Below, one piece after another: positions 26,931-41,229 of a stretch of 64,000 nucleotides of DNA. How positions within the stretch are numbered: the stretch's first letter is position 1; the number at the start of each line of letters is the position of its first letter. The translations under genes were made by a program, and so were the position numbers. The notes beneath the pieces are model-generated. The model worked only from the letters and a program-made list of their open reading frames with translations, was not told the DNA's origin and made no database searches. The DNA is from Octopus sinensis (taxonomy: Eukaryota): contig NC_043009.1 of NCBI RefSeq assembly GCF_006345805.1, positions 45,880,001 through 45,944,000 of the forward strand, in the 5' to 3' direction.

Positions 26931-27131
26931 TAGATGCACACACTTGGGTGTACGCACCAGCAGTCCAACGAACACACCAAATCAACCACATATTCACAAA
27001 CACAGGAAACTTTCTTAAGTCAAAATGTCTTGTAGTTTCGTTACTGACCGGCTTGAACTCCTTCAAGAACTCAGAAAATCAAAGAAAAATTATACATATG
27101 TATGTATGTATGTATTTCACTCACTCTCATC

Positions 27132-27187
<56 letters not shown>

Positions 27188-27193
<6 letters not shown>

Positions 27194-27456
27194 CAAAATA
27201 AGCAACAAGAATAACTTCAGTAATTTGGTTCGATCGTTTCACGGTACATCATTTTATTAAATATTGTAAGTATTACAACTGTTTTAAAATATTGAACAAT
27301 CATCAGCCATTAATAGACGTTTTCCATTAATACATAATTTTCATATTTTCATATTTTTAAAACTGTTGTAATACTTACAATATTTAATAAAATGATGTAG
27401 CGTGAAACGATCGTACCAAATCACTGAAGTTTTTCTTGTTGCTTTTTTTGATTATA
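27188..27456. repeat. Inverted repeat with arms of about 104 bp and a spacer of about 60 bp
   Basis: tataatcaaaataagcaacaag...gatcgtttcacg...gttttaaaata versus tatttttaaaactg...cgtgaaacgatcgtacc...ttgattata; about 6 mismatches. Confidence 0.93.
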
Positions 27457-27551
27457 ATCAAACCATGGATTTATATGGATAACACCATACAAAATATTCT
27501 GGTGCATCTAACTTAAGTACCATATTCATTTGAATCTAAATTTTGCTGAAC

Positions 27552-27632
<81 letters not shown>

Positions 27633-27633
<1 letters not shown>

Positions 27634-28455
27634 TAGGAGCTACCGCAAAGAAACCGGAATTTTGTAATATTATTTTATTCACTTAGTATTACATGTTTAT
27701 AATTTTATCGCCTTCAAAGTTTTCTTCATTTGAAGCAATGTATCGGTCCAGACACGTTTTGTACTGTTCTAAGCGGTGCTGGAATTCTTGCGAAGTGATG
27801 CCTTTTAACGTCGCCGTTGTTTCTTTCTTCACCTTTTCTACATCTGCAAATTTCGTAGCAACAGCTTTCGTCACCAGTGATGACATTCATTCGAAAAAAG
27901 GTTCGGATCAACTTCCAATTGTCCTTTCAGTTCAAGACATGCATTCAGTCGTGACTGTTTTTGATCTTCCGTGAGCAAGCGAAGCACAAATTTTGCTGCA
28001 ACTCTTTTCACTCAAAATTCGTCAGTTGTTCGGTGGCCGTCTTCTAATCATTTTCATTCTTTCTAGAGGTCAATGATCATCCTGAACGAGGTTGGGCTTC
28101 AAGAGACAAGTGACCATTAGTAAAACATGAAAACCACTCATAAATATGTGCTTTGCTCATGGCAGCATCCTTGTAAGCCGTTTGAAGCATGATCACTGTT
28201 TCGGCCGCTGTTTTTCGCAGCAGAAAACAAAATTTAACGGAAACATTCTGTTTCTTCGTTTCAGCAGTCGCAAAAATCGAAGAACAGGGGAGAATCACTG
28301 TAAAACAAAGGCGCACAACGTGGCAGTAGGAATCGCTCTGCTGATTCCGGTCGGGAGACTGACGCCTGAGTGTCTCATCAAGTGGATTCTAGCGGCGGAA
28401 CTATCACGGGCTTGTCCCACTCAGAACGTTCCCGGTTACTTTTGGGTATCTCAAC
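27633..28455 (-). mobile_element. Internally deleted mariner element
   Basis: N-terminal HTH VKFCFLLRKTAAETVIMLQTAYKDAAMSKAHIYEWFSCF...PRSG; VITGDES joined directly to C-terminal KFADVEKVKKETTATLKGITSQEFQHRLEQYKTCLDRYIASNEENFEGD; degenerate TIRs. Confidence 0.88.
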
Positions 28456-29203
28456 CTGTTGATTCACCATTTCAAAAGTACAATTAGAAACGTGATATAT
28501 AAGGAAATGAAATACGTCCATTCATTTCAACCCCCATCGCTCAGCATTAGTCGCTAGGTTGTTCAGCTGGGAATCCAAACTCGATATCTGGATTGGATCC
28601 AATTTGAGTTTACATGCACATTTGGAGTTCTATAACGGAAGAATTATATTAACATCAGAGTAACATATACCATTGGCAGGTGGATATTTAACGAATAATG
28701 TTTAAAATAATTATGGAAATTTGGCATAACGTCTAAAGAATTAAGAATTCAGATTAACAAGAAATCTCTGGAATATTTAGAATATGCGAAGGATGGGTCA
28801 AAGGCAAAGAAAAATCAAAAGAAGTGAAGGTCATGTAATGTCATTTTAAGTGAATGGTTACATTGATCGGAAATATAATTGTCACATGTATGCATATTCA
28901 TATATATCACATACACATACACGCGGCGTGCACGCACACAAACACAAGCACAAAAACACACACATACACGAACTCGTGCATACATGCATACCTATACATA
29001 CACACATACATACACACATACACACATACACACATGCATATATGTGCACATGCACAAACACGTTTGTATGTGTATATATATATGTGTATATATATTTTTT
29101 TCATGTTTCGCTTTCTCTCATTCCCTTTCTGTATATAAACATCAATATCCACGTCAGTGCGTCTGTATATACATCCGTGTGCTTATGCACATGTGCGTGT
29201 GTT

Positions 29204-29271
<68 letters not shown>

Positions 29272-29388
29272 ATATATATATTTGTGTGTGTATGTGTCTG
29301 TCTGTCTGCTTGGCTACCTGCCTGTCTGGCTACCTGTCTCTCTGTCTATCAATTGTATACATATCTCTATCTACCTATCTATCAATTC

Positions 29389-29427
<39 letters not shown>

Positions 29428-29453
29428 ATGTGTGTGTGTGTGTGTTTGTTTGC

Positions 29454-29506
<53 letters not shown>

Positions 29507-29964
29507 TGCGTGTGTCTGTGTACATATAAAGGTTTGATAAACTGTAGCAGAATCATGAAGAAAGCAAGAGTATTGTGAGTAGAAGCAGATATTGACGTCT
29601 GATGGCAGTCGAGCTGTTGTGACGTCAATGAATCTTAATGTCTTTTTATATTTGCCAATTGCCATTACTATCTCTGGCAAAGAAATAAAGAACAGAAGAA
29701 TAATAGAACTGAAGAATTTGAGAATTTGTAAACTGATAGAAACGAAGCAGCAGAGACATAACTTTATTTAAATTTTGCTGTTATTCTGTTGCTTATTTAC
29801 ATTATGAGCTTCCTCCTGTAATTATATTGCTAGGCAACGTGTGTATATGTTTATATTTGTATATACAGGCATAGATACGTGCACTTTCAGTCTGTAGCTC
29901 ACGCGCATGTATCGTGTAGGTGTTTGTATGTAAATACCTGTGTATATGTTTATGTTTGTATATA

Positions 29965-30007
<43 letters not shown>

Positions 30008-30009
30008 TA

Positions 30010-30160
30010 TATCGTGGTACTCCGTCAGTTACGACTAGGAGGGTTCCAGTTGATCCAATCAACGGAACGGTGCGCTTGTGGAATTAACGCGTAAGTGGCT
30101 GAGCACACCGCAGACACGTGTACCCTGAACGTAGTTCTCGGGGAGACTCAACGTGACCCA
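30010..30160. repeat. Probable interspersed repeat fragment (gtggtactccgtcagttacg...gttctcggggagactcaacgtgac)
   Basis: GC-rich island between microsatellites; recalled as an octopus repeat; single copy here. Confidence 0.35.
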
Positions 30161-30440
30161 CACACGCGCGCCGCATGCATACATGCATATGTGCATAGAC
30201 GTGTATCTGTAAATAAACATTAATCCTTTTCGTTTTTATTTTAGGTTTATCTGTAAGTATGTATGTATATGTGTGCATACACATACACATTTATACAATT
30301 CACACACGCACACACACACATGCACACACATATGTCTGTAAATATAAAAGTTATAAATATTATTACAATACAATAGTAATTATTTTTCACCGAAATAGAG
30401 CACCGTAAAATTAGTACCTTACTGTGCCATTATTTCATAG

Positions 30441-30491
<51 letters not shown>

Positions 30492-30594
30492 TATATATAT
30501 ATTGTCACACATATATAATATATATACGTATATATACAAATACATACGTGTATATATATATTTATTCTCTTCTACTCCACGCACAAGACTCGAA

Positions 30595-30712
30595 ATTTTA
30601 GGGGAGAGTGCCAGTCGATTAGATCGAACCCAGTACGCAACTGGTACTTAATTTATCGAGGCCGAACGGATGAAAGGCAAGGTCGACCTCGGCGGAATTT
30701 GAGCTCAGAATG
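30595..30712 (-). mobile_element. SINE family A fragment
   Basis: Reverse complement of the central domain. Confidence 0.85.
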
Positions 30713-30721
30713 TTATGTATA

Positions 30722-30762
<41 letters not shown>

Positions 30763-30774
30763 ATGTATGTATGT

Positions 30775-31520
30775 ATTTATGTATTCCCAAACCATACTGT
30801 TCTCTGTTCGGTCCCACTGTCCGTCCCCTTATACAAGTGTCTTCTTCTATATAGCCCCGGGCCGACCAACTGTGTTGTGTGTCAGTGGATTTGGTAGATG
30901 GAAATTGAAAGTAGCCCGTCCTATATACATATATGTGCGTATGTGGGTGTGTATGTATGTATGTGTATATGTATATGCCTACGTCTGTGTGTTTATGTGC
31001 AAATGTTCGGCCCCCATCAGCGTTTGAAAAGCAGTGATGGTTTTGTTTAAGTCGACGCAATTCGTCGCTAAGAACGATGGAATAAGGACCGGTTTTGATT
31101 TTTGCAACTAAACCCTTCGAGTACTGTATCACATTATTACTGCTGCCCAATGATAGATAAAAGTAAAATATACAGACACACAAACACACACACATATATA
31201 TGTATATGGGCCGACCAAAGCCTTGTGAGTGGATTTGGTAGACAGAAACTGAAAGAAGCCTGTCGTATATGTATATATATATATGTATATATATGTATGT
31301 GTGTGTGTTTGTGTGTCTGTGTTTGTCCCCCTAGCATTGCTTGACAACTGATGCTGGTGTGTTTACGTCCCCGTCACCTAGCGGTTCGGCAAAACAGACC
31401 GATAGAATAAGTACTGGGCTTGCAAAGAATAAGTCCCGGGGTCCATTTGATCGACTAAAGGCGGTGCTCCAGCATGGCCGCAGTCAAATGACAGAAACAA
31501 GTAAAAGAGTAAAGAGAGAA
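30775..31520 (+). mobile_element. Two SINE family B pieces (about 30775-30925 and 31205-31520)
   Basis: gggccgacc...gtggatttggtagacggaaactgaaagaagcc and the 3' end atggccgcagtcaaatgacagaaacaagtaaaagag. Confidence 0.85.
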
Positions 31521-31546
31521 AGAGTATATATGTACATATATATATA

Positions 31547-31608
<62 letters not shown>

Positions 31609-32024
31609 ATATATGTATGCATGCATTGAGGTATGTGCATGTGTGCCTCTGTGTGTGCGTGTGTGTGTGTGCCTCTGTGTGTGCGTGTCGCGCATGTGCG
31701 GTGCATGTCGGTGGTGTCATCCGGCTTAGAAAAGTAGAAGCAGTAGAAATGTTCTTCGTAGTTTGACTGTTAAAATTTCCGTCGAAACTTGGCGAACGTC
31801 ACTGTGACTGCATCTACGGCAGCAGCAAGCGATGCCATAGTAACTAGAAATAGTGGTACTACTATCACAATGGCAACAACAAACCATGTCATATGACTTG
31901 AATCGGGGCAGCATCGATGACGATCGTAACTGCTATGATTTGAACAGCTGCTGTTGTTAATTTTTGGGTTATGTTGGAACACTGTAGCCCAGCTGACTAC
32001 ATTGTTTCCCATACTCTGTTTCGC

Positions 32025-32054
32025 ACTGCTACTACTACCGCTACTACTCCTTCT

Positions 32055-32086
<32 letters not shown>

Positions 32087-32117
32087 TTCTTCTTCTCCTT
32101 CTTCAACCACCACCACC

Positions 32118-32148
<31 letters not shown>

Positions 32149-32186
32149 AAACAACAACTACTACTACTACTACAACAACAACAACA

Positions 32187-32274
<88 letters not shown>

Positions 32275-32310
32275 TACTACTACTACTACTACTGCTGCCG
32301 CTGCTGCTAT
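32025..32310. repeat. Compound trinucleotide array (CTA/CTT/CCA/ACA/CTG)
   Basis: Direct reading; source of the poly-S/T/L ORFs. Confidence 0.95.
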
Positions 32311-32645
32311 CATGTTTCTTACACCTTTATGCGTGTTTCTGCCGGCTGAATCGTTTGAGCGTTTGTATATTTCTTACAGCTCTTTACATTCAGTGTTCAA
32401 GTTCCGGTCTGATCCCTCTTCACCTTTCATCCTTCCAAGGTCGATATTTCTTGCTTTGTAACCTATATTAGAAATGATTATCGTATATCATAACTGTATC
32501 GGTAAGCCGGCGGATAAAATGTCCTGCGTATTTGTCTGGCTTTTTAGATTCTGTGACCGAATCCGATGTTACACAAATTGAACTTTCATTCTTCCGTGAT
32601 AGTTTAGGTCAGAATCAAAGAAAGGAGATGAGGAAAAATTCCTAG

Positions 32646-33055
32646 TTTATTCTTTTATTTGTTTCAGTCATTTGACTGCGGCCATGCTGGAGCACCGCCT
32701 TTAGCCGAGCAAATCGACCCCGGGACTTATTCTTTGTAAGCCTAGTACTTATTCTATCGGTCTCTTTTGCCGAACCGCTAAGTTACGGGGACATAAACAC
32801 AACAACATCGGTTGTCAAGCTATGCTGGGGGGACAAACACAGACACACAAACACATAGACACACAAACACATAGACACACAAACACATAGACACACATAT
32901 ATGCATATATATATACATATACGACAGGCTTCTTTCAGTTTCCGTCTACCAAATCCACTCACAAGGCATTGACCAAGGTGCCACGCAGTGGGACTGAACC
33001 GGGAACCATGTGGTTGGTAAGCAAGCTACTTACCACACAGCCACTCCTGCGCCTA
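32646..33055 (-). mobile_element. SINE family B with a small internal deletion
   Basis: Reverse complement of the 49372-49745 consensus. Confidence 0.92.
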
Positions 33056-33063
33056 AAATTCCT

Positions 33064-33475
33064 ATAGGCAAAGGAGTGGCTGTCTGGTAAGTAGCTTGCT
33101 TACCAACCACATAGTTCCGGGTTCAGTCCCACTGCGTGGCACCTTGGGCAAATGTCTTCTACTATAGTTTCAGGCTGACCAAACCCTTGTGAGTGGATTT
33201 CGTAGACGGAAACTGAAAGAAGCCCGTCGTATATATATATGTGGTTGTGTGTGTGTGTGTGTGTGTATGCGTTTGCGTGTCTATGTCTGTCCTTCCAACA
33301 TCGCTTCACAACCGATGCTGGTGTGTTTACGTCCCTGTAACTTAGCGGTTCGGGAAAAGATCCCGATAGAATAAGTACTAGGCTTACAAAGAATAAGTCC
33401 TGGGGTCGATTTGCTCGGCTAAAAGCGGGGCTCCAGCATGGCCACAGTCAAATGACTGGAACAAGTAAAAGAGCC
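33064..33475 (+). mobile_element. SINE family B, full length, head-to-head with the preceding copy
   Basis: ataggcaaaggagtggctgtctggtaagtagc...ctggaacaagtaaaagag. Confidence 0.92.
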
Positions 33476-34929
33476 TTATGCGGTTTATTAGGAAGCATTA
33501 GTATCAATAAAATGGTAGGGCATTAGACTGGTAGAATCGTTAAAACATCGGACAAAACGCCTAGCATATTTCTTCAGGCTCAATCTTTAGTTGGTCCAGG
33601 TCTATAGTAAAACACACTTGGCTATAGAGCCACGTGACAGGTGTGAACCCAAAACCCCATTGTTTGTAAGCTAATTTCTCAACTACATAGTCATAGTTAT
33701 GTCTATGCGATGCCTGCAATTATGTATGTAATGCATACATACATACATACATACATGCATACATACATACATACATGCATACATACATGCATACATACAT
33801 ACATACATACATACATACATACATACATACATACATACATACATACATACATACATACATACATACATACACACATTAACGCCTACAAATCTCGCCAAGT
33901 TTAAGTCTACTTTCCATTCATCCTGGGTCAATAAAAGAAAGTACCAGTAGAGTACTGGAGAGAATGGTATCGACTAATCCTCTTCTCTCAAATTTCCTGG
34001 CCGTGTGCCTGAATTAGAAACCATCTAATGTGGTATGATGGCAGCATCGACTGAGCGCCGGAAAAATGCTTTGCGACATTTCTTCCGTCTCTTTAAATGC
34101 TTAGTTTTAATTCCACCAAGGTGAACTTTGTCTTTTCTATCTCCAGAGTCAATGATATCCACAAGCCCTTTCCCTTCGAAATTACAGATTTTTCTCCCTA
34201 AATCAGAAACTATTACTATTAATTTTAATATAGGTACTAAAAAAATGTGATGAATTTGTTTGGAAGAAAAGCAGTGTTTCTGCAAAATTAGATACTATCA
34301 CCATCGCCGATAATAACAACATCAAACACAACACATGGAGCAACAGCATTTCTAAGATAATAGCAGCAAGAACAACACCCTCTCAATTAGTAACGAAACC
34401 AATAAAAACAGCAACAGATATTGTTAGTAATGCCTAACAACCAACGAACTTTAGTAACAACGTATGCCAACCAGTAAACCATAAAGGTCTCTCAGCTCTA
34501 AACACGTTGGGTTACGTTCTAACGATGATACATCCAGACAAACAACGTCATGCAGTAACTGAACCCATGCCGCTCGCCTTGACTGAAGAAACATCAAAAT
34601 CTGAAGTATCCTCTGCGTGAATGTTCAGCTGGATAGAGATAGCAGGCAAATCATCCCTTAAGTTCCTACCGTCTTGTAAAATGAAATGGTCCCCCCGAGA
34701 TAGCATAATATTAGTTCAAATATATCCGTTAAAATGAAAATATGAAGACTAGAATATTTTCATCACCTACGTCATCAAAGCTGACTGGGGCTAAAATCTA
34801 AAGCAAGAAAACAAAGTTATCTATGGCGTTGTCTCTCATCGATGTGGAACCAGATCCTTTGAGAAATTAAAAGAGGCCAGACGAATTGCATATGTTATAA
34901 AATTTTTAAAACTTGTCCATTTACTACGA

Positions 34930-35335
34930 CGAAGAAAACGTAGTATACTGTTGGAAAATGAACGCTTTTGGCATCAGATGCCTCCGGGGAATGCTAGAAA
35001 CCAAGTGGAACAATTTTATCAGCAACGAGGAGGGAAGAAGAAGAGCAGACAAATGCCCAGTGTCCATTATTATCTGTAAGCGTTGACTGAGTTAGTAGGG
35101 AAATATCGTAAGACTCCTAATTAACTGTCTAACCAGCCAATTCTTAAGTGAAACTCTCCGGGACACCGACGCAAGGGACGTCCCAAGATAAGCTGGAAAC
35201 AGACAATCGACAGGGACATGCCGCTAATAAACTTACGATGGAACGATACACTGAGGGTAGTTGTTGACCAGTCTTGATGGAGTACTTTGACTGCCTCACG
35301 TCTCGCCCGATGCGGAATCATCTAAGTCTAAGCTA
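34930..35335 (+). mobile_element. RTE-type LINE 3' end
   Basis: KMNAFGIRCL...NNFISNEE; PGHRRKGRPKISWKQTIDRDM; short ctaagt-repeat tail. Confidence 0.85.
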
Positions 35336-35364
35336 GTCAATAAGTAGATATAAAATACAATACA

Positions 35365-35755
35365 TAGGCGTAGGTGTGGCTGTGCTGTAAGTAGCTTGCA
35401 TGGTTCCGGGTTCAGTCCTAATGCGTGGTTCCTTAGGCAAGTGTCTTCTACTATTGCCTCGGGCCGACCAAAGCCTTGTGAGTGGATTTGGTAGACGGAA
35501 GCTGAAAGAAGCTCGTTGTATAAATGCACATGTGTGTGTATATGTGTGTGTGTGTATGTTTGTGTGTCTGTGTTTGTTCCTCCAACATCGCTTGACAACC
35601 GATGCTGGTGTGATTACGTCCCAGTAACTTAGCGATAGAATAAGTCCTGGGATCAAAGAATACAAAGAATAAGTCCTGGGATCGATTTGCTCGAGTAAAG
35701 GCGGTGCTCCATCATGGTCAAAGTCAAATGACTGAAAACAAGTAAAAGAGAGTAA
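35365..35755 (+). mobile_element. SINE family B
   Basis: Matches the family consensus; small internal duplication of gaataagtcctgggatc. Confidence 0.9.
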
Positions 35756-36579
35756 AGAGGGGATGGTAACTTATATTTGTCAGTTTGAAAGTCACTGATT
35801 TAGGAGTCAGGGAAGAAAAAAACAAGCCCAGGTTGTCACGCAGCATTTTGGAGTGTGCAACAACAACAACAACAACAAATACCTTAGGCAGGTATAACGG
35901 GTGGGTATTGATCATGGCTATATTCTTACTATACATAGGTCTGGTGGTTCAAGCCTGACTAATGTCGATATAGAGGATGCAATAGCAGCAACAAGAAAGC
36001 AACAGCAATACAACCACCACTACCACAAACACTACCACCATCGATGATGACAACAACAACATCAATAACAAGCAACAGCAATAAAATATCAAGAACAGCA
36101 GCAGCAATAAAATATCAAGAACAGCAGCAGCAGCAGTAACAACTACAACAGCATGAGGAAAATAACAACAAAAGCCACGACGGCAACATCAACAACAATG
36201 CCAAAACTGCCACCCACCACCAACATCAACACCATGGGTACACGGAGCCAACGAAAGAGCGTATATGCAGTCATTCAACATGCTAAAAATAACAGTCAAC
36301 TTTTCTTCATATAATACAATGTCACCTTTAAAAGGGATGGATACATTGAAGATGTAGTCCTCGCAATACAAATAGATATTAGTATTTTCGATCTGTGATG
36401 AATATGGTGAGTTTTGATGGAAGTAGGGATGGCGAGGAATCTAAAGCATAAGAATTCTTTATGTACACCGCTGAAGTCGGAAAATATAGTGTACCACAGT
36501 TATGCGACAACAACAAGATTACTACTGATAACAGTCTCAAAATTTGGTACAGGAACAACATACTTTGTCTAGTACTTAG

Positions 36580-36705
36580 GTTATCGACCCTAAAGGATGA
36601 AAAACAAAGTTGACCTCGGCAGAATATGAACTCAGAAGATAAAGATAGACGAAATGCCGCTGGGCATTTCGCATCGCATGTTAATGATTCTGCCAGCTCA
36701 CTGCC
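36580..36705 (-). mobile_element. SINE family A fragment
   Basis: tatcgaccctaaaggatgaaaaacaaagttgacctcggcag. Confidence 0.8.
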
Positions 36706-36742
36706 TTAATAATGATAATAATAATAATAATAATAATAATAA

Positions 36743-36796
<54 letters not shown>

Positions 36797-36800
<4 letters not shown>

Positions 36801-37100
36801 TACAAAGACCTGGAAATAGAGGTAACCAGAATGTGGAATCTAAAAACAGAAACAATTCCTATCATAGTAGGTGCATTAGGCATGATAAAAAAATATTCAG
36901 ACAAATACATAACAAAAACACCACAAATACATAACAAAAACATACAGAAAATTGCACTACTAGGCACTGCACACATCCTACACAGAACACTTTCCATACA
37001 ATAACCATCAGAGCATCACAACAAATCCCAGCACATACCCAAGGCACACAGAGCTGCGCTCGGTAGTGAAGTGAAAGCACGATATAAAAAATATACTACT
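36797..37100 (+). mobile_element. R4/Dong-type LINE 3' end embedded in (AAT)n
   Basis: KYKDLEIEVTRMWNLKTETIPIIVGALGMIKK...IQKIALLGTAHILHRTLSIQ*; (AAT)n on both sides. Confidence 0.9.
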
Positions 37101-37139
37101 GAATAATAATAATAGTAAGAATAATAATAATGATGATAA

Positions 37140-37520
37140 TGGTTTCAAATTTTGTCACAAGGGCGACCATTTTGGGGGAGTGGATGAGTCGATTACATCG
37201 ACCCTACTGTTGAACCGGTACTTATTTTATCGACTCCGAAAGGGTGAAAGGCAAAGTAGACCTCGGTGGAATTTGAACTCAGATTGGAGTGACGGGCGAA
37301 CTAACTATTTCTTTACTACCTAAACACAAGGGGCTAAACACAGAGAGGACAAACAAGGACAGACAAACGGATTAAGTGGATTATATCGACCCCAGTGCGT
37401 AACTGGTACTTATTTAATCGACCCCGAAAAGATGAAAGGCAAAGTGAACCTCGGCGGAATGTGAACTCAGAACGTAGCGGCAGACGAAATACTAAGCATT
37501 TCGCCCGGGGTGCTAACGTT
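37140..37520 (-). mobile_element. SINE family A, dimeric copy (second unit diverged)
   Basis: Two bodies joined at ...gtagtaaagaaatag|ttagttcgcccgtc on the minus strand. Confidence 0.8.
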
Positions 37521-37524
37521 TCTT

Positions 37525-37705
37525 AACAATAACAACAACAACAACAATAATCAGAAGAACAACAAATATTTCTATTATTGCTGATGCTGATATTGCTGCT
37601 GCTGTTGCTGCTGCTGCTACTACTACTACTATACTACTACTACTACTACTACTACGACGACGACGACGACCACCACCACCACCACCGCCGCTACTACTAC
37701 TACTA

Positions 37706-37744
<39 letters not shown>

Positions 37745-37960
37745 GCTGCTGCTACTAATACCACTACTACTACTATTGCTGGCACCACAACGATATTATT
37801 ACCAATAAATTCTTACTCTCTGTGTTACGCGTATGAGCTCAGTTGTGTTTGCCGCCATTGGTATCACTGTTACTATTCTTGCTACATCCAATGATGTAGT
37901 AGCTGCTGCTATTGCTGCTGCGGCAGCGGCAGCAGCATCTCCTGCTGCTTCGACAACTAT

Positions 37961-37998
<38 letters not shown>

Positions 37999-38110
37999 AC
38001 TACTACTACTACTACTACTACCGCTAAGACTGCTACTGCTGCTGCTGTTATTGATGGTGCTTCTACTGCTGCCGTTTCTGTTGCTGCAGTTGCAATTTCT
38101 AAGTATTCTG
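37525..38110. repeat. Decayed compound trinucleotide array (ACT/GCT/ACA)
   Basis: Direct reading. Confidence 0.9.
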
Positions 38111-39124
38111 CTAGCTACAGCAACGAGACAACGAGCATGCCTCTACTTGAGAGTTCGATCTACAGGAAATAGCAACCAAATCTCTCACAAATCACTCTGC
38201 TCCATTTTAAAACGGCAAGACCCACATTGTATAATGTATCTTTTCCCGTAAGGTAATCCTAGCCGGCCCTGAAAGATAGCATAGTCAGAGGTGGTATACG
38301 TCTGAGCGTAGCTTCTATTCACTCACAGCCAACCAAGGGCTAAAAATAATGAGGATAACAAGCGCAGCAACAATTAATAACAACAACAATTGTTATAGCT
38401 ACTTCTGGTACTACTACAGAGGAGGAGAGCCTTTGTGTAACGGTATATTTACTAGAAATAGTAACTAAGTCTCCCTTAAATCACTTCGTGTTTGCATTTA
38501 AGAAGGTTCACTCAAGTTAGAACGATTTTATTTTACCTTTTACGTAGAAATGGAAGGGCAGCACCTACGACCCTTTATATTGTAGAGACTGCTATTCTGG
38601 TGAAATGAGAAAGGAAGAAGTTTTTATTTTTTACAGGAGACTTGTTTGCAACAGAGTGAACTCTGTAAATCGCACCGAGAAACTATGTAGCAGTATAAAA
38701 CTGATTAGGTCCACCGCAACAATCAACCACATCTTACAGTGCAGATTTCCAAGGTCTGCACAATAAGGGATGACCTGGGGGGCTAAACAGCAACCATCAG
38801 TAATGATACCACCGTTTGCTGCTGCTGTTACTATTACTGCTGCTGTTGTTGCTGTAGGTGCTGGTAGGTAGTGCAGTTTGTTTCACGGAATTCTTACATG
38901 AGCACAAAACAGTTTTATTTTAGTTATAGTTGGGTAGGGGAATCGTTGCTTGATTCAATGGATGGCAGTGATTTTGCAGGATCTTTAGAGGCACAGAGAG
39001 GAATGTTTTGCAATATTCGTTCCGACAATATGCGCTCTGAGTTCAAACCCACCGCGCCCAACATTACGTCTCAACCTTTCGAAGTCAATAAACTAAAAGG
39101 CCAATCGCTCTTTCTAACTGTCTG

Positions 39125-39168
<44 letters not shown>

Positions 39169-39875
39169 AAATCCTTAAAAATGTTTCATCCCGAAGGCTG
39201 CGGCCATGCTGGGGCACCACCGTCTATCTATCTTTCTTTCTTTCTTTCCTTCTTTTTTCTTTCTTTCTTAACCTTCTTTCTTGTTGCTTTCTTAACCATT
39301 CAGAATTGGTAAACGCCAACAAAAGATAACCGAAAGCAGAGGGCTTGAGGGAATTACCTTAGTACTCTCCTACGAAAATTCTTTGTGTCAAGCAAAGTAC
39401 TGCGTTAACCCTTGAATAGAGGGTAAAGGGCGAAGTCAGTTTTGGTGGAATTTGAAGATGACGTAAAAAAACACGAAGTTCCTTTCTTCTGGGATGGAGG
39501 AGCGTTTAAGTAGTCACATTTTTACTGGAGGGAACAACTAAATTAGTATGGCATTAAAATAATATCACTTTATTTTTAAAAAATGGCATCACCTTGAAGG
39601 AATAGCAACACTTTTGTCGAATCTTCGCCCAAAGTGCTTTTGGAAAAATTGTTTCTCAGTAATGATCATAATCTGCAATCTTCGAGTCATGGAATGTGGA
39701 TAGCTCATCCAAACTCTCTGGAGATGTGTTTTAATAAAGTCAGCAAGTTCATCCATACATCTGACATTGCAAACATTCTGAGAAGACTACAGCTATCCCC
39801 TTCCAATGCAGCGTAGCTAACTGTAGGAACCTGAGACAAAGAGAGAGGAGAGAGAGAGAGAGAGAGAGAAAGAGT

Positions 39876-39921
<46 letters not shown>

Positions 39922-41229
39922 ACAAGCCAACATCAATATCTGATTTAATTTCCATCGACTCCAAGCTGACAAAGGCAAAGTTGATCACAGCGGGATTTGA
40001 CCCCAGAGCGCAGAGAACCGTAACACATACCATAAAGCATTTTATTTGACGGTTTAACAGCTCATTCAATTCACCGCTTTGGGCATTTCTTACTATAAAG
40101 GGGAAAACTAGAAATAATCGTAGTTTAAACATGGTTAGTGTATAAGATAACTAACTATTCGCAATAATAAAAGAGAAAATCGTTATAAAATCAATCTAAA
40201 TAGCTGAATACAAACGGAACTTTGATATACAATCAAGACAAATATACTGCATGACTAAAATCTGACACCAACGGAAAGTAAATTTAAAATTCAGAAGCAA
40301 TCGATAAAGACAAAGGATACAACGCATCAAAACTAAAGTCTCTCTGTAATCATTCAAAGGACAATACAAATAAACCAGTTTAAAATACATTATGTAGATG
40401 ATAAGACCTTTGTTGAAGTATATAGTGGTTTCAGATAAATCGCCTATTTATCAAAGCATACATTACCGAACTTCTATCTATTTTGTTAATATTCTTTCTA
40501 AGTCAATAGCAAGAGTTATGCAAACTATTACATAAAATAATAGACATAGGAATATGTACTCTCCTGTAATGTGGTCTGTGCATATATGTATATATGTATG
40601 TATATATATATCGTGCGACATACTTGTGGTGTCAGCAACTGCTAGATACTGTATGGCTAAATGAATTTTTCGTTCAACAGTGGCTTACCAGACGAATAGG
40701 TTCAGAAATATCTATGTTCTGTACTTTCCTTGCTTATAAGTAAGTAATATTATTTAATTAATTCACAAAGACACGTTGTTATTGCACCAATATTATCAAT
40801 TCAATCAAGGAGCATACTGAAAGATTAAATATCTGTCTTAATTTCTTATTTTTAAGTAATATTTTACCAGGTGCACGTGTATCTAGCTGTTATATAGCGC
40901 CTGGTATATTTTTAAGTGTCCTATTTCCTTGCCTCATTTGGTCAATTTGAATAAACCCATCATGTCAGTTTGCTAATATAGAGAGGAGCAACTTTCAACA
41001 ATCCTCTTCGGTTAGAGTTGTTTGTGTAGCCTTTAATATATATATATATAATCTACAAGGCAGCAGCTTCTGTTCCTTTCGTTTTCTCTCAAAGCCTTTG
41101 AAATTTAAGATTCTTTCTACAAAACAAAAATTGCTATTTGACCATAGTTGCTAGCTGGCAACTGCCAAACCCAGGATCCTATTTTGGGTCAAGGTGATTT
41201 AGTTCAACAATGGCTGATGTGATGAATGG

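Noticed and set aside
28558-28660. LFSWESKLDIWIGSNLSLH, with spacing like GluN3 pre-M1
   Set aside because: The following residues are not hydrophobic and the splice sites are weak.
31971-32471. 166-aa Ser/Thr-rich, mucin-like ORF with a hydrophobic tail
   Set aside because: It is explained entirely by a compound trinucleotide array and runs into a SINE remnant.
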